Shown here: positions 1-12,148 of the stretch, piece after piece
How the letters are laid out: each line of letters begins with the position of its first letter
How positions within the stretch are numbered: the first letter of the stretch is position 1
Assembly: GCA_002342545.1 (NCBI GenBank)
Contig: DDQE01000058.1
Coordinates: forward strand, 1 to 48,684
DNA: 48,684 bases
Source: Bacillales bacterium UBA2450
GTDB lineage: Bacteria > Bacillota_I > Bacilli_A > RFN20 > CAG-826
Direction: 5' to 3'
Notes under the pieces: generated by a model
What the model was told of the DNA's origin: nothing
The model's database searches: none
What the model saw: only the letters and a program-made list of their open reading frames with translations
Position numbers and translations under genes: made by a program

Positions 1-96
1 GAAAAAATTATAACATAAAGATATTTTACTTGTAAAATATTTTTCTTATTTGTGTCTAATGTTGTTATTTTAAAATAAAAAAATTGAAAAAAGTGA

Positions 97-126
97 TTGC
101 AAGCGCATATTTTATTTTGATAGCAT
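97..126 (+). promoter_or_regulatory. Putative sigma-A promoter of rplK operon
   Basis: TTGCAA (97-102), 18 bp spacer, TGn-TAGCAT (121-126), A-rich UP-like region upstream. Confidence 0.4.
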
Positions 127-180
127 ATATAAGCATGTTGCCCTCACACGTATGAGAGAGTGTGTCGCACACGCAAAGCC

Positions 181-218
181 TGTGGAAGAGTGGTGATTCA
201 CTCATACCACGGCACGGA
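181..218 (+). promoter_or_regulatory. L1-binding leader (autogenous control of rplK-rplA)
   Basis: GTGG-aa-GAGTG...CACTC-ata-CCAC hairpin with internal loop followed by CACGGAC, just before the GGAGG RBS; resembles the Firmicute rplK leader. Confidence 0.6.
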
Positions 219-243
219 CAATCTAAAAAAGGAGGAAAGTCAC

Positions 244-657
244 GTGAGTAAAAAAATCGCGAAAGTGTTGAAAATGGAACTCCCTGGCGGCGAAGCTAAA
301 CCAGGACCAAAACTTGCTTCTGCTGGCATTAACATGGCGAAATTCTGTACAGACTTTAACGCCAAGACTGCTGATAGACGTGGAGAAATCGTTCCAGTAA
401 TCATCACTGCTTATGAAGACAAGTCCTGTGACTTTGTCATCAAAACTTCTCCAGTTGCCCCATTATTATTAAAGGCTGCTGGAATTGCTAAGGGATCTGC
501 GACTGGTTGCAAAACTGTTGTGGGTCATATCTCAAGAGCCAAACTCAAAGAGATTGCCGAGTACAAATTACCTGATTTAAACGCTAATGACATTGAAGCG
601 GCTATGAAAATCATTGAAGGTAGTGCTCGTAATATGGGAATCGTCGTTGACGACTAA
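244..657 (+). CDS. rplK: 50S ribosomal protein L11
   Basis: GTG start at 244 after AAAGGAGG; [24 protein letters not shown] motifs; upstream of rplA. Confidence 0.97.
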   Translation: MSKKIAKVLKMELPGGEAKPGPKLASAGINMAKFCTDFNAKTADRRGEIVPVIITAYEDKSCDFVIKTSPVAPLLLKAAGIAKGSATGCKTVVGHISRAKLKEIAEYKLPDLNANDIEAAMKIIEGSARNMGIVVDD

Positions 658-668
658 TGGAGGACACT

Positions 669-1349
669 ATGAAAAAGGGTAAGAAATATGTTGCCGCTTT
701 AGCAAAAGTGGATGCCAGTAAGTTATACACTGTTGAAGAAGCAGTGAAACTCGTCAAAGAAACTTCTACTGTCAAATTTGATGCGACAGTCGACGCTTCA
801 TTCAAACTCAATGTCGATCCAAAACAAGCTGATCAACAAGTCAGAGGAACTCTCATCCTTCCACATGGAAACGGCAAAACCAAAAAGGTCTTAGCCATTA
901 CTGACAAAGTTGAAGACGCTAAAGCTGCTGGTGCAGACTTCGTTGGTGGACAAGAAATGATCGATAAAATCGCCGGTGGGTGGTTTGATTACGATGTCAT
1001 TGTTGCGACACCAAACATGATGCCTGTCATCGGTAAAGTTGCTCGTGTATTAGGTCCTAAAGGCTTAATGCCAAATCCAAAGACTGGTACCGTCAATCCA
1101 GATATCGCTAGAGCAATTAAAGAAATCAAAGCCGGTAAAGTGGAATACCGTGTTGACAAAGAAGCAAATATGCATGTGTCTATTGCTAGAGTCAGCTTTG
1201 ATGCAAAGAAGATTGAAGAAAATTTACAAGCCTTAGTTGACGCTTTATTAAAGGCTAGACCAGCTTCAGTCAAAGGTACCTACATTAAAAACGCTGTTAT
1301 CCATACGACCATGGGTCCAGCAATCCACTTCACATTTGAAGGTCGTTAA
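669..1349 (+). CDS. rplA: 50S ribosomal protein L1
   Basis: ATG 669 after GGAGG; [27 protein letters not shown] motifs. Confidence 0.98.
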   Translation: MKKGKKYVAALAKVDASKLYTVEEAVKLVKETSTVKFDATVDASFKLNVDPKQADQQVRGTLILPHGNGKTKKVLAITDKVEDAKAAGADFVGGQEMIDKIAGGWFDYDVIVATPNMMPVIGKVARVLGPKGLMPNPKTGTVNPDIARAIKEIKAGKVEYRVDKEANMHVSIARVSFDAKKIEENLQALVDALLKARPASVKGTYIKNAVIHTTMGPAIHFTFEGR

Positions 1350-1365
1350 TTAACTAGATTCTAAT

Positions 1366-1455
1366 ATACCCAAGACAGTAACGGACGTGGAGTCTTAATA
1401 ATGTTACCGAGGTGAAGAAATAAAGCATTTATTCTCACTGTATATTGGAGCCTCA
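1366..1455 (+). promoter_or_regulatory. L10 leader cis-regulatory RNA
   Basis: AAGACAGTAAC...TTAA...GTTACCGAGG pattern between rplA and rplJ, matching the L10_leader layout; boundaries approximate. Confidence 0.75.
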
Positions 1456-1488
1456 AAACAAAAAACAAATTGAAAAGGAGGTCAAAAC

Positions 1489-1977
1489 ATGAATAAGGAT
1501 GTCTTATTAGCGAAACAAGAAACAGTTAGCGAAATCGTTTCTAAAGCTAAGGAAAGTTCTGCTCTTGTTGTTGCTGAATACCGTGGATTAACCGTGGAAC
1601 AACTTCAAGAATTAAGAAGAGCCTTACGTGCTGAAGGTGCATCGATGAACGTTTATAAGAATTCTCTTGTTGAACGTGCAAGTGATGAACTCGGTTACGC
1701 TGACTTAAAGCAAGTTTTAAGTGGTCCTAACGCTATCTTCTTCTCTAAAGAAGTCAATAGTGCTGCCAAAGTGCTTGCTAAATACGCAAAAAGATATGGA
1801 GACAATCTTAATATCAAGGGTGGCATCTTTGAAGGAAAATTTGCTGATGCGAATGGTGTCAAAGAAATCGCTAAATTACCTGGTAGAGAAGGTCTACTTG
1901 CCATGTTGCTATCGTGCTTACAAGCACCAGTCCGTCAATTTGCCTGCGCTGTTAAGGCTGTTGCGGATGCAAAATAA
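1489..1977 (+). CDS. rplJ: 50S ribosomal protein L10
   Basis: EYRGLTV, VYKNSL, KLPGREGLL motifs; AAGGAGG RBS; synteny. Confidence 0.97.
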   Translation: MNKDVLLAKQETVSEIVSKAKESSALVVAEYRGLTVEQLQELRRALRAEGASMNVYKNSLVERASDELGYADLKQVLSGPNAIFFSKEVNSAAKVLAKYAKRYGDNLNIKGGIFEGKFADANGVKEIAKLPGREGLLAMLLSCLQAPVRQFACAVKAVADAK

Positions 1978-2001
1978 TGCCAATTTAGGAGGAAAAGAAA
2001 A

Positions 2002-2379
2002 ATGGCTAAATTAACAAAAGAAGAAATTATCGCCAGCTTAAAAGAAATGACTGTTCTCGAATTAAACGAATTAGTCAAAGCTGTTGAAGAAGAATTTGGT
2101 GTCACTGCCGCTGCCCCTGTGGCTGTTGCAGCTGCTGCCCCTGCTGAAGAAGAAGCTGCTAAAGGACCAACCGAAGTTAGCTTATTCTTAAAATCTGCTG
2201 GTGCATCTAAAGTCCCAGTCATCAAGGCTGTCCAAGCTATCACTGGCTTAGGCTTAATGGATGCCAAAAAGATGGTCGATGCAGCTCCTGTTGCTGTTAA
2301 AGAACACATCTCCCCAGTTGAAGCTGAAGAGCACAAGAAAGCTCTCGAAGCCGCTGGTGCTGAAGTCGAAGTTAAATAA
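2002..2379 (+). CDS. rplL: 50S ribosomal protein L7/L12
   Basis: [16 protein letters not shown], Ala-rich hinge, [20 protein letters not shown]. Confidence 0.98.
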   Translation: MAKLTKEEIIASLKEMTVLELNELVKAVEEEFGVTAAAPVAVAAAAPAEEEAAKGPTEVSLFLKSAGASKVPVIKAVQAITGLGLMDAKKMVDAAPVAVKEHISPVEAEEHKKALEAAGAEVEVK

Positions 2380-2411
2380 CTTAACTTTACTATCAAACTC
2401 TAGAGGTATTA

Positions 2412-3008
2412 ATGGGTTATTATTTTGACCAGAGTCCGTCTTCGGAATCAAATATCAGGGAGATTAAATTCTCCTTATATGGTCAAGAGTACGCCTATTA
2501 TACCGATAACGGAGTATTTTCTAAATCTCGAATCGATGAGGGGTCGTATATCTTTCTTAAGGTATTACTTCCTCTTCATCTAGACGGGAGGATCTTAGAT
2601 TTAGGGTGTGGCTATGGTCCAATTGGACTAACCATTGCTCAAAATTCTAGTGAGGCAAGAGTTGATCTTGCCGATATTAATTCGCGCGCACTCGCTCTAG
2701 CGTCAAAGAGCGGTGAACGGCTGAATTTAAAGTCACGAGTCACCTTCCTTCAAAGTGACATCTATGAAAAGATTGAAGGACCATATGATTCAATTGTTGT
2801 GAACCCTCCAATTAGAGCAGGTAAAGTCGTTACCTACCAAATGTATAAGGAGAGCAAGCAATACTTAATTGATGGCGGTTCGCTATATGTGGTGATTAGA
2901 CGAAAGCAAGGAGCGGAGAGCGCTCTCAAATACATTGAAACGGTATTTGAAAACGTTTCTGTGCTTCATAAAGAAAAAGGCTATTGGATAATCAAAGCCA
3001 CAAAGTGA
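2412..3008 (+). CDS. Class I SAM-dependent methyltransferase, RsmC/YbxB-like
   Basis: [25 protein letters not shown] motifs; conserved Bacilli position between rplL and rpoB. Confidence 0.9.
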   Translation: MGYYFDQSPSSESNIREIKFSLYGQEYAYYTDNGVFSKSRIDEGSYIFLKVLLPLHLDGRILDLGCGYGPIGLTIAQNSSEARVDLADINSRALALASKSGERLNLKSRVTFLQSDIYEKIEGPYDSIVVNPPIRAGKVVTYQMYKESKQYLIDGGSLYVVIRRKQGAESALKYIETVFENVSVLHKEKGYWIIKATK

Positions 3009-3042
3009 ACGAAATATAATTTATCGAAAAGGAGCCATTATA

Positions 3043-6000
3043 ATGTCCAGAAATATTACTGAACTTAGACAAATTAATAACGGAAGATATGATTACTCCA
3101 AAATTTCTGGTGATCTCCCACTTCCAAATTTAGTGGAAATTCAAACAAAGAGTTACGCTGAATTTTTAGAAAAGGGATTAGATGAAGTTTTTAGAGAATC
3201 ATTTCCAATTGAAAACTATACTGGCACATTAACCATTGAATATTTATCTATTCGTCTTGGTGAAGCAAAACACACTTTCCTTGAATGTAAAGAAAGAGAC
3301 TTAACTTATAACGTCCCTATGTACATCATGGTGAGATTAATTCATAAAGAAACAGGTGAAATTCAAGAATCCGAAGTCTTTATGGGTGATTTACCTTTAA
3401 TGACTAATAGTGGAACATTTATCGTTAATGGTGCTGAAAGAGTTATCGTTTCTCAATTAGTGAGATCTCCAGGTGCCTATTTATCTAAAGAATTTAAAGC
3501 TGGTAAATTTTTATACGAAGCTGACTTAATTCCAGGAAGAGGTACTTGGTTACAATTCGAATCTGACGCCAAAGATATGTTAAGCGTGAGAATCGATAGA
3601 CAAAGAAAGATTCATGCGACTACTTTACTTAGAGCCTTAGGCTTTGAAAGTAGTGATGACATTTTAAAACTCTTTGGTGGATCTCAAGCCTTAAGAAACA
3701 CTTTAGAAAAAGAAGAAGAAAACAAAATCAAATCTTCTAAAGCTGCTTTAGTGGATATCTTTAGAAAGATGAAGCCAGGTGAGCCAATCACTGAAGAAGG
3801 TACAGTTAACTTCTTAGTCCAAAGATTCTTTGATGAGAAACGTTACGATTTAGGCCGCGCCGGTAGATATAAATTTATTAAAAAACTTGGTATCTATAAC
3901 CGTTTACCAAACCGTATTTTAGCGGAAGACTTGGTCTCTGCGGATGGAGAAATTAGATTTAAGAAAGGTCATCAACTAACTGTCGAGGATGTTGAAGCCT
4001 TACGTAATGAAGATTTCTTTGAACAAGGCGCACATTTAAGAGTCTTAAAAATTAACGAAAAACTCGATAATAACGGCAAAGTGAACATTGTTAAAGTCTA
4101 TAACAATGACAAGAAAGAAAAAGTCTCAATTGTTATTGGTACTGACTTAAATAATACATGTACACACGTTAATATCTGTGATATCGTGGCTATTTTCTCA
4201 TACTTCTTAAATGTCCAAGACGGATTTGGTAGCTGTGATGATATTGACCACTTAGGAAATAGAAGAATTAGATGTGTTGGTGAACTTATTCAAAATCAAT
4301 TTAGAGTTGGTTTAGCTAAGATGCTAAAGACCGTTCAACAAAAGATGTCTATTTCTGATTTAGGAAATGTGAAGCCAAAAGCTTTAATTAATCCTAGACC
4401 ATTAGTAGCCTCTATTAGAGAATTCTTTGCATCCTCACAATTATCTCAATTCATGGATCAAACTAACCCACTAGCAGAATTAACTAATAAAAGAAGATTA
4501 TCTGCGTTAGGTCCTGGCGGATTAACTAGAGATAGAGCATCTACCGAAGTTCGTGACGTTCACGTTTCTCACTATGGACGTATCTGTCCAATTGAAACTC
4601 CTGAAGGTCAAAACATTGGTCTTATTAATAACTTAGCGACATACGCGAAAGTTAATAATTATGGATTTATTGAAACCCCATATCGTCCAGTGGATCACAA
4701 GACTTTAAGAGTCTTATCCAAAGCTGAAGATAGTGTTTATCTTTCCGCGGATGAAGAGTGGGATTATAAAATTGCTGAAGCTAATATTCACTTAGCAGAA
4801 GATGGCACCATTTTAGATGATGTTGTCGTTGCTAGATATAAAGGTGAAAATATTTTAGCTAAAAAAGAAGAAATTGATTTCGTTGATGTTAGTCCAAAAC
4901 AAGTCGTTTCAATTGCTGCTGGTAGCATTCCATTCTTAGAGAATGATGACACCATGCGTGCTCTTATGGGTTCTAACATGCAACGTCAAGCCTTACCACT
5001 TCTTAGACCACACGCTCCACTTGTGGGAACTGGTCTAGAACATCAAGTGGCAAGAGACTCAGGTTTAGCAGTGGTCTCCGCTAGTGAAGGTGTCGTCACT
5101 TACACCGATAGCAAGACTATTGAAATTTTACCTAAAGGTGAATCTGAACCAATCACTTATCACTTACAAAAATTCGAACGTAGTAACAATGGTACTTGTA
5201 TTAATCAAGTAAGCATCGTCAAAGTTGGCGATAAAGTCAAAAAAGGACAAATTATCGCTGATGGACCAGCAATGCAAAACGGTGACCTTGCTTTAGGTCA
5301 AAACGTGACCATCGCCTTCATGACTTGGAATGGTTATAACTATGAAGACGCGGTTATTATGTCTGAAAGACTCGTCAAAGACGATGTCTATACATCAATT
5401 CACATTGAAAAATATAACTGTGAATGTCGTTCCATTCCAAAACTTGGTGATGAAGAAATTACCGCAGATGTCCCTAACGTAGGTACTGATGCCAAGGCTC
5501 ACTTAGATAGTAGAGGCATCGTTGTCGTTGGTACTGAAGTTAAAGAAGGAGATATCTTAGTTGGTAAAGTCACTCCTCGTGGACAATCCGAACCAACTCC
5601 AGAAGATAAATTCTTAATGGCGATCTTTGGAGAAAAAACTAACGAAGGTAAAGATGCTTCTCTTAGAGTCCCTCATGGTGGAGCGGGTATTGTTCTTGAT
5701 GTCAAGATCCGTAAAAGAGAAGAAAGAGCCAAAGATAATGAACTCCCACCAGGAGTTAATGAAATTGTCACTGTCTATATCGTCCAAAAGAGAAAAATCT
5801 CTGAAGGTGATAAGATGTCTGGACGTCACGGTAATAAAGGTGTTATTTCCCGTATCTTACCAGAATGCGATATGCCATTCCTTCCAGACGGCACTCCTGT
5901 TGATATTATGTTAAACCCATTAGGTGTTCCATCTCGTATGAACATCGGACAGATCTTAGAAGTCCATTTAGGTATGGCTCTTAAGAAATTAGGATATAAG

Positions 6001-6651
6001 ATTGCAACCCCTGTCTTTGACGGTATCACCAATGAAGAAATCTTCGAAATGATGGATAAAGCAGGTATGGCAAAAGATGGTAAAACTGTCTTATATGATG
6101 GCCGTACTGGTGAGAAGTTCGATGAAAGAATCACAGTTGGTGTCATGTACATGATTAAACTTATCCACATGGTTGATGATAAGTTACACGCACGTGCGAC
6201 TGGACCATATAGTTTAGTCACTCAACAACCACTCGGTGGTAAAGCCCAAAACGGTGGTCAAAGATTTGGTGAAATGGAAGTCTGGGCTCTTGAAGCTTAT
6301 GGCGCCGCCCACGTCTTACAAGAAATTATCACCGTGAAGTCTGATGACCGTGTTGGTAGAAGAAAGACTTATGAAGCGATTATTAAAGATCAACCTCTTC
6401 CAAAACCAGGTATCCCAGAAGCCTTTAAAGTCTTAGTTAAAGAATTAGAATCCTTAGCGATGAATGTTGAACTTCTTGATGATGAAGGTCATATCATTGA
6501 TATGGATGCATTAGCAAAAGAAGCTGATAAAGAAGAAAGAAAGATTAACACCTCTTTAAGAAACTTAGTCGGTGATGAGGCTAATGTACAAACTGGTATT
6601 GACGAAGATGTCTCTATGACAAGCATGTCAACCAGTAATAGTGAAGATTAA
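3043..6651 (+). CDS. rpoB: RNA polymerase beta subunit
   Basis: [41 protein letters not shown] motifs. Confidence 0.99.
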   Translation: MSRNITELRQINNGRYDYSKISGDLPLPNLVEIQTKSYAEFLEKGLDEVFRESFPIENYTGTLTIEYLSIRLGEAKHTFLECKERDLTYNVPMYIMVRLIHKETGEIQESEVFMGDLPLMTNSGTFIVNGAERVIVSQLVRSPGAYLSKEFKAGKFLYEADLIPGRGTWLQFESDAKDMLSVRIDRQRKIHATTLLRALGFESSDDILKLFGGSQALRNTLEKEEENKIKSSKAALVDIFRKMKPGEPITEEGTVNFLVQRFFDEKRYDLGRAGRYKFIKKLGIYNRLPNRILAEDLVSADGEIRFKKGHQLTVEDVEALRNEDFFEQGAHLRVLKINEKLDNNGKVNIVKVYNNDKKEKVSIVIGTDLNNTCTHVNICDIVAIFSYFLNVQDGFGSCDDIDHLGNRRIRCVGELIQNQFRVGLAKMLKTVQQKMSISDLGNVKPKALINPRPLVASIREFFASSQLSQFMDQTNPLAELTNKRRLSALGPGGLTRDRASTEVRDVHVSHYGRICPIETPEGQNIGLINNLATYAKVNNYGFIETPYRPVDHKTLRVLSKAEDSVYLSADEEWDYKIAEANIHLAEDGTILDDVVVARYKGENILAKKEEIDFVDVSPKQVVSIAAGSIPFLENDDTMRALMGSNMQRQALPLLRPHAPLVGTGLEHQVARDSGLAVVSASEGVVTYTDSKTIEILPKGESEPITYHLQKFERSNNGTCINQVSIVKVGDKVKKGQIIADGPAMQNGDLALGQNVTIAFMTWNGYNYEDAVIMSERLVKDDVYTSIHIEKYNCECRSIPKLGDEEITADVPNVGTDAKAHLDSRGIVVVGTEVKEGDILVGKVTPRGQSEPTPEDKFLMAIFGEKTNEGKDASLRVPHGGAGIVLDVKIRKREERAKDNELPPGVNEIVTVYIVQKRKISEGDKMSGRHGNKGVISRILPECDMPFLPDGTPVDIMLNPLGVPSRMNIGQILEVHLGMALKKLGYKIATPVFDGITNEEIFEMMDKAGMAKDGKTVLYDGRTGEKFDERITVGVMYMIKLIHMVDDKLHARATGPYSLVTQQPLGGKAQNGGQRFGEMEVWALEAYGAAHVLQEIITVKSDDRVGRRKTYEAIIKDQPLPKPGIPEAFKVLVKELESLAMNVELLDDEGHIIDMDALAKEADKEERKINTSLRNLVGDEANVQTGIDEDVSMTSMSTSNSED

Positions 6652-6669
6652 TGAAAGGAGAAATTAACA

Positions 6670-9600
6670 ATGTTTGACGTAAAAAAATTATCAGCGATTA
6701 AAGTTGGATTAGCTTCTCCTGACACAATTAGAGCGTGGTCCCATGGTGAAGTTTTAAAACCTGAGACCATCAACTATCGTAGCCAAAAACCAGAAATGCA
6801 AGGTTTATACTGTGAAAAGATTTTTGGTCCTGCGAAAGACTACGAATGCCATTGCGGTAAATATAAGAAAATTAGATACGCAGGCGTCGTATGTGAAAAA
6901 TGTGGTGTTGAAGTTATCTCTAAAGAAGTTAGAAGAGAAAGAATGGGTCACATTGAACTTGCTAGCCCATGTACCCACATTTGGTATTTAAAAGGCATTC
7001 CTAGCCGTATTGGATTACTTTTAGATGTTTCTCCTAAACACTTAGAAGAAGTAGCCTATTATGCTGCTCATATCTGTTTAAATCCTGGAAAGAGTACTAT
7101 TCTTACTTATCGTGAATTCATTAACGAGAAAAACGGTAGAGAAATCTTTATTCCAGTTTTAAAAGAAATCCAAGAAAAAGGAGAAGAATGGGGTTTAATC
7201 CCAGGTAGTGATGACTTTGCAAGAAGTGAAGAACTTGTTGCGAGATTAGAAAATCATAACGAAGTCTTTGACTTCCAAACCTGCTACAACTTCATTCGTA
7301 AATTTACAGGTGCTGAATTCTCTGAAGGTGCTGGAGCGATTAAACGTTTACTCGCTGAAATCGATTTAGACGCTGAAGGAGAAGAAATCTCCCGTAAGAT
7401 TAAGAATTCAACTTCCTCAAATAGAGCGAAGTTAACAAAAAGACTTGAAGTCATTGAGGCCTTTAGACATTCTGACAACAAACCAGAATGGATGGTCCTT
7501 GATGTCATTCCAGTGATTCCACCTGATTTAAGACCAATGTTACAACTTGATGGCGGTAGATTCGCTACAAGTGACTTGAACGATTTATATCGTAGAGTAA
7601 TTTCTCGTAACAACCGTTTAAAGAAATTAATCGATATGAATTCTCCTGCTGTCTTATTAATGAATGAAAAACGTATGCTTCAAGAAGCAGTGGACGCTTT
7701 AATTGATAACGGTAGAAGAAATAAGCCAGTTACTGGTCCTGGTGGTAGACCTCTTAAATCCTTATCCTCTGGATTAAAAGGCAAACAAGGTCGATTCAGA
7801 CAAAACTTACTCGGTAAACGTGTTGACTATTCTGGTCGTTCCGTTATCGCGGTGGGTCCATTCTTAAAAATGTATGAATGTGGACTTCCACGCGAAATGG
7901 CAGTCCAATTATTAAGACCATTTATCGCGTGCGAATTAATTAAAAGAGGTATTACTAATGCGAATAAGACCGCAGATAGAATTATCGATAGATATGATCC
8001 TGCTGTCTTAGATATCGTTGAAGAAATTATTGGTAAGCACCCAGTTCTTCTTAACCGTGCTCCTACTTTACATAGACTTGGTATTCAAGCTTTCCAACCA
8101 CGCTTAGTGGATGGAAGAGCGATTAGATTACACCCACTTGTTTGTACAGGCTTTAACGCTGACTTCGATGGTGACCAAATGGCGGTCCATGTCCCACTAA
8201 GTAAAGCAGCGCAAGAAGAAGCATTAGATTTAATGCTTGCCTCTAATAACATCTTAGGACCAAAAGATGGTAAACCAATTGTTACCCCATCTCAAGACAT
8301 GGTCTTAGGAAATTACTATTTAACTTTAGAATCCACTAAAGAAGATTTCTTAAAGAAAGCTAAAGCTTTAAAAGATACTGATCCTGAAGAAGCAGAAAGA
8401 TTTGAATTATACGCTGCTAGCGAAGGCAAAGTCTTTAGAAGCGTTGATGATGTGATTCTTGCTTACCAAACTAAGCAAATCCATTTACATAATAGAATCG
8501 CGATTATCGGTAAGGCTTTAATGAAGAAAGGATTCACCGAAGAGATGAATAATTCTTATTTAATCACCTCTGTTGGTAAAATCATCTTCAACCAAATCTT
8601 CCCAAGTGATTTCCCATATTTAAACGCTGTTACTGCGGAAAATATGGCTCATGATTTACCTGAATATTTCGTCCCACGTGGAAGTGATATCAAAGCAATT
8701 ATCGCTAAAATGCCTGTGAGATCACCAATCAAAAAGAAAGATTTAGGAAAAATTATTAATGAAATCTTCCAAAGATATGACCGTAAAGGTAATCCAAAGA
8801 CTTCATCCGTTCTTGATAAGATGAAAGACCAAGGCTTCCAATACGCGACAGTGGCTGGATTTACTATTTCTATTGACGATATCCATATCGTTGAAGGTAA
8901 AGAAGAAATCTTAGAAGCTGGCGATAAGAAAGTAGCGGAAATTCAAGAAATGTTCGAACTTGGTATGTTAACCGAAGAAGAAAGACATAAGAGCGTTTGT
9001 GACGTTTGGAATAAAGTTCTTGTGGAAGTTAGAACTAAATTAACTGAACAATTTAATAAAGATAGAAGAAACGCCATCTTTATGATGTCTGACTCTGGTG
9101 CTCGTGGTAATATTTCGAATATTACACAGTTAGCCGGTATGAGAGGTCTTATGGGTAACACATCTGGCGGAACTATTGAACTCCCAGTTAAACGTTGTTT
9201 CCGTGAAGGTATGACTGTTTCTGAATTCTTTATTGCGACCCACGGTGCTCGTAAGGGTGGCGCTGATACCGCGCTTAAGACCGCTGACTCAGGTTATTTA
9301 ACTAGAAGACTTGTTGACGTCTCTCAAGATGTTATCGTTAGAGAAGTTGATTGTGGCACTGACCACGGCTTCAAAGTCAAAGAAATTAGAGATACTTCTA
9401 GAAACGCGATTATTGTTAAGCTTTATGACCGTTTAGTTGGTAGATATGCTCTTAATGATGTTGTTAATCCAAAAACTGGTGAAGTGATCGTTAAAGGTAA
9501 CACCATGATTAACGAAGAAAGTGCCAAAGCCATTGTTGACGCTGGCATTGAAGAAGTGGAAATCAGATCCTTATTCGGTTGTGAGACTAAAGACGGTGTT

Positions 9601-10575
9601 TGTATCCACTGTTATGGACGTAACTTAGCGACTGGTAGAGAAGTCCAAGTTGGTGAAGCTGTTGGTATTATGGCCGCTCAATCTATTGGTGAGCCAGGTA
9701 CACAGTTAACTATGAGAACCTTCCATACTGGCGGCGTTGCTGGTAGCGATATCACTAGTGGTTTACCAAGAGTTCAAGAATTATTTGAAGCTCGTAACCC
9801 TAAAGGTGAAGCTCTTATTTCTGAAATCCCAGGTACTATCACTAAGATTGAAGAAAAGAATGGTTGCTATTTAGTCACTGTTCGTAACGATTTAGAAGAA
9901 AAGACTTATACTACTGCCTTTGGTGCGAAATTACGTGTCAAAAAAGGCGACAAAGTCATTAATGGTGGTAAAATCACCGAAGGTGCTATCGATCCTAAGA
10001 AATTACTTGAAGTATCTGATGTCACCGCGGTTGAAAAATACATCATTAAAGAAGTCCAAAAAGTCTATTCCTTACAAGATATCGGAATTTCTGATAAGCA
10101 CATTGAAGTTATCGTCAGACAAATGCTAAGAAAAGTCTACGTTATTGACGCTGGAGATACTGATATGATCGCGGGTACCCGTGTATCGATTAATACCTTC
10201 ACTGCAAAAAATAACGAAGCCATTATTAACGGCAAACGTCCAGCGGTCTTCTCTCCACTTATCTTAGGTATCACAAAAGCTGCTCTTGAAACTGATTCCT
10301 TCTTATCAGCAGCTTCATTCCAAGAAACCACTAGAGTATTGACTGATGCTGCTATTAAAGGCAAAGTTGACTACTTACACGGCTTAAAAGAAAATGTCAT
10401 TACTGGACACTTAATTCCAGCCGGACGTGGACTTATGAGCGAAGAAGCTAACGAAGAATTATTAAAAAACTTCTCAGTTGAAGGCAAAATGCATGAAGTT
10501 AAAGACAAATATGTTGAAGACTATGACCGTGCAATCAACGAAATCAAAGAGAAGATTAATTCTCGTAACGCTTAA
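6670..10575 (+). CDS. rpoC: RNA polymerase beta' subunit
   Basis: N-terminal Zn finger, NADFDGDQM catalytic motif, [17 protein letters not shown]. Confidence 0.99.
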   Translation: MFDVKKLSAIKVGLASPDTIRAWSHGEVLKPETINYRSQKPEMQGLYCEKIFGPAKDYECHCGKYKKIRYAGVVCEKCGVEVISKEVRRERMGHIELASPCTHIWYLKGIPSRIGLLLDVSPKHLEEVAYYAAHICLNPGKSTILTYREFINEKNGREIFIPVLKEIQEKGEEWGLIPGSDDFARSEELVARLENHNEVFDFQTCYNFIRKFTGAEFSEGAGAIKRLLAEIDLDAEGEEISRKIKNSTSSNRAKLTKRLEVIEAFRHSDNKPEWMVLDVIPVIPPDLRPMLQLDGGRFATSDLNDLYRRVISRNNRLKKLIDMNSPAVLLMNEKRMLQEAVDALIDNGRRNKPVTGPGGRPLKSLSSGLKGKQGRFRQNLLGKRVDYSGRSVIAVGPFLKMYECGLPREMAVQLLRPFIACELIKRGITNANKTADRIIDRYDPAVLDIVEEIIGKHPVLLNRAPTLHRLGIQAFQPRLVDGRAIRLHPLVCTGFNADFDGDQMAVHVPLSKAAQEEALDLMLASNNILGPKDGKPIVTPSQDMVLGNYYLTLESTKEDFLKKAKALKDTDPEEAERFELYAASEGKVFRSVDDVILAYQTKQIHLHNRIAIIGKALMKKGFTEEMNNSYLITSVGKIIFNQIFPSDFPYLNAVTAENMAHDLPEYFVPRGSDIKAIIAKMPVRSPIKKKDLGKIINEIFQRYDRKGNPKTSSVLDKMKDQGFQYATVAGFTISIDDIHIVEGKEEILEAGDKKVAEIQEMFELGMLTEEERHKSVCDVWNKVLVEVRTKLTEQFNKDRRNAIFMMSDSGARGNISNITQLAGMRGLMGNTSGGTIELPVKRCFREGMTVSEFFIATHGARKGGADTALKTADSGYLTRRLVDVSQDVIVREVDCGTDHGFKVKEIRDTSRNAIIVKLYDRLVGRYALNDVVNPKTGEVIVKGNTMINEESAKAIVDAGIEEVEIRSLFGCETKDGVCIHCYGRNLATGREVQVGEAVGIMAAQSIGEPGTQLTMRTFHTGGVAGSDITSGLPRVQELFEARNPKGEALISEIPGTITKIEEKNGCYLVTVRNDLEEKTYTTAFGAKLRVKKGDKVINGGKITEGAIDPKKLLEVSDVTAVEKYIIKEVQKVYSLQDIGISDKHIEVIVRQMLRKVYVIDAGDTDMIAGTRVSINTFTAKNNEAIINGKRPAVFSPLILGITKAALETDSFLSAASFQETTRVLTDAAIKGKVDYLHGLKENVITGHLIPAGRGLMSEEANEELLKNFSVEGKMHEVKDKYVEDYDRAINEIKEKINSRNA

Positions 10576-10593
10576 TCGTTAAAACTAATAATT

Positions 10594-10625
10594 AACTGCT
10601 TAGATTAATTTCTAGGCAGTTTTTT
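10594..10625 (+). terminator. Intrinsic terminator of rpoBC
   Basis: AACTGCTTAGA-ttaatt-TCTAGGCAGTT stem followed by T-tract. Confidence 0.85.
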
Positions 10626-10626
10626 A

Positions 10627-10692
10627 TTTACATTCTAGTGCTGTCATTTATAATATAAGTGAAGCTGTAAGATAACTTAGTCAACTAGACTA
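10627..10692 (+). promoter_or_regulatory. Putative TA promoter and operator
   Basis: TTTACA (10627) -16 bp- TATAAT (10649); inverted repeat TAGTC-aacta-GACTA at 10678-10692 before the RBS. Confidence 0.5.
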
Positions 10693-10708
10693 GAAAGGAG
10701 ATAAAGTT

Positions 10709-10954
10709 ATGTGCAATGTAAACATGTATGAAGCCAAAACGAATTTGTCAAAATACGTTGATATGATTGAAAGTGGTGAGCAAAAAGAAATTTTCTTATG
10801 TCGTAGAGGCAAAAAAATAGCAAAAATCGTTCCTGTTAGTGAAGAATTAACAAAAAAACGTTTAGGTGCTGCGATTGGAATTTTACCTAACTTACCAGTT
10901 GGATTTGATGATCCAAAATTAGATGAAGAGATTGCTAATGACTTTAATTTATAA
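10709..10954 (+). CDS. Phd/YefM-family antitoxin
   Basis: VNMYEAKTNLSKYVD...IFLCRRGKKIAKIVP signature; 1-nt overlap with PIN gene. Confidence 0.9.
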   Translation: MCNVNMYEAKTNLSKYVDMIESGEQKEIFLCRRGKKIAKIVPVSEELTKKRLGAAIGILPNLPVGFDDPKLDEEIANDFNL

Positions 10955-11349
10955 TGGAATACTTATTAGATACAAATACTCTTTTAAGAGCGTTATTTAA
11001 TGATGAGAAAATATCAGATAAAACTAGAAACATTATCGCTAATGAGAAAAATCAAATTTTTGTTTCTATTGTTTCTATTTGGGAAATTGAACTCAAACAT
11101 AATAAACACCCAGATTTAATGCCATATAATGCAAAAGATATCATTAACGCTCTTGTTTATACTGACTATATCGTTTTACCAGTTAGATATGAATATTTAG
11201 TAGAGCTTAAACAAGTTATTGACTTAAATATTCATAAAGACCCATTTGATCACCTACTAATTGCAACTGCGTTAGAAGAGTCTATGACATTAATTACAAG
11301 CGATGAAACAGTTTTAAAATATCCGATAATCTCAACATTAAAATTATGA
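10954..11349 (+). CDS. VapC/PIN-domain toxin
   Basis: YLLDTN, SIVSIWE, HKDPFDHLLIATA, LITSD acidic PIN motifs. Confidence 0.92.
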   Translation: MEYLLDTNTLLRALFNDEKISDKTRNIIANEKNQIFVSIVSIWEIELKHNKHPDLMPYNAKDIINALVYTDYIVLPVRYEYLVELKQVIDLNIHKDPFDHLLIATALEESMTLITSDETVLKYPIISTLKL

Positions 11350-11354
11350 TCATT

Positions 11355-11387
11355 AACTGCTTAGATTAATTTCTAGGCAGTTTTTTT
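11355..11387 (+). terminator. Intrinsic terminator (copy of rpoC terminator)
   Basis: Same hairpin and T-tract as 10594-10625. Confidence 0.85.
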
Positions 11388-11431
11388 ATATATTTAATGT
11401 ATAATGAGGTTAATAAGGGGGATTGAAATAA

Positions 11432-12121
11432 ATGAAAAAAGCAGCGCTTCTTTTACCGTTTATGGCTTTTTTATCATTAATTGGTTGTGGAGAAAAAGGT
11501 GTTACATACACCCAAATTGATGATTTTAGTGAATATTTTACTGAAGCAAATATTGAGACCGCTAATGAGTTGGTTGACTCTTTAGATACTGCTATTTGTA
11601 ATTTTATCCAACAATCAGAAGGTTTTGATTATCGTTTAAATCGAGAAATTGATGGTCAATATTATTATGAATATGCTTATTTAAATGATGGTAGCGAAAA
11701 TCTTTCAAAGTCCCTATATCTAGGAAGCGATATTGAAGAAGACTGTAAATATTATTCTGTTAGTAGCGAAAACGAACAAAAATATAAAAGCGGTCAAGAC
11801 GCTATTCGCGAATATAATTCAATAGTTGGAACTATTAAAGATAATGTTCATTCCTTTATAAATAGACCATATAAAAATATAGAAGAATATTTAGGGGAAA
11901 ACCCAACATATTCTTACTATAAAGGTGATGATGGTTCTATTAAAGTTACTGGAAATAGTGATATAGCTAGCGGTTATATCATTTATGATGCAAACACATT
12001 ACTTGTTAAAAATTACCAAGTTAAAGGTATGTATAACAATCAAGCATTTTATATAGAATTTTTCTTTTATTATCCAACAGTTTTAGCTCATAAAACACCT
12101 GCGGATATTGGCTATAAATAA
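11432..12121 (+). CDS. Hypothetical lipoprotein
   Basis: MKK, hydrophobic stretch, LIGC lipobox; Tyr-rich mature region; no family recognised. Confidence 0.75.
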   Translation: MKKAALLLPFMAFLSLIGCGEKGVTYTQIDDFSEYFTEANIETANELVDSLDTAICNFIQQSEGFDYRLNREIDGQYYYEYAYLNDGSENLSKSLYLGSDIEEDCKYYSVSSENEQKYKSGQDAIREYNSIVGTIKDNVHSFINRPYKNIEEYLGENPTYSYYKGDDGSIKVTGNSDIASGYIIYDANTLLVKNYQVKGMYNNQAFYIEFFFYYPTVLAHKTPADIGYK

Positions 12122-12148
12122 TCATTAAAATAATAGGAGGATTTAAAG

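Larger units (their letters stand above)
10591..11386 (+). repeat. 35-bp perfect direct repeat (10591-10625 and 11352-11386) flanking the Phd/PIN module
   Basis: ATTAACTGCTTAGATTAATTTCTAGGCAGTTTTTT present identically at both positions. Confidence 0.95.

Noticed and set aside
160-243. N-terminal extension of L11 in the ORF track
   Set aside because: It covers the leader RNA and the RBS; GTG at 244 has a strong SD and gives normal L11 length
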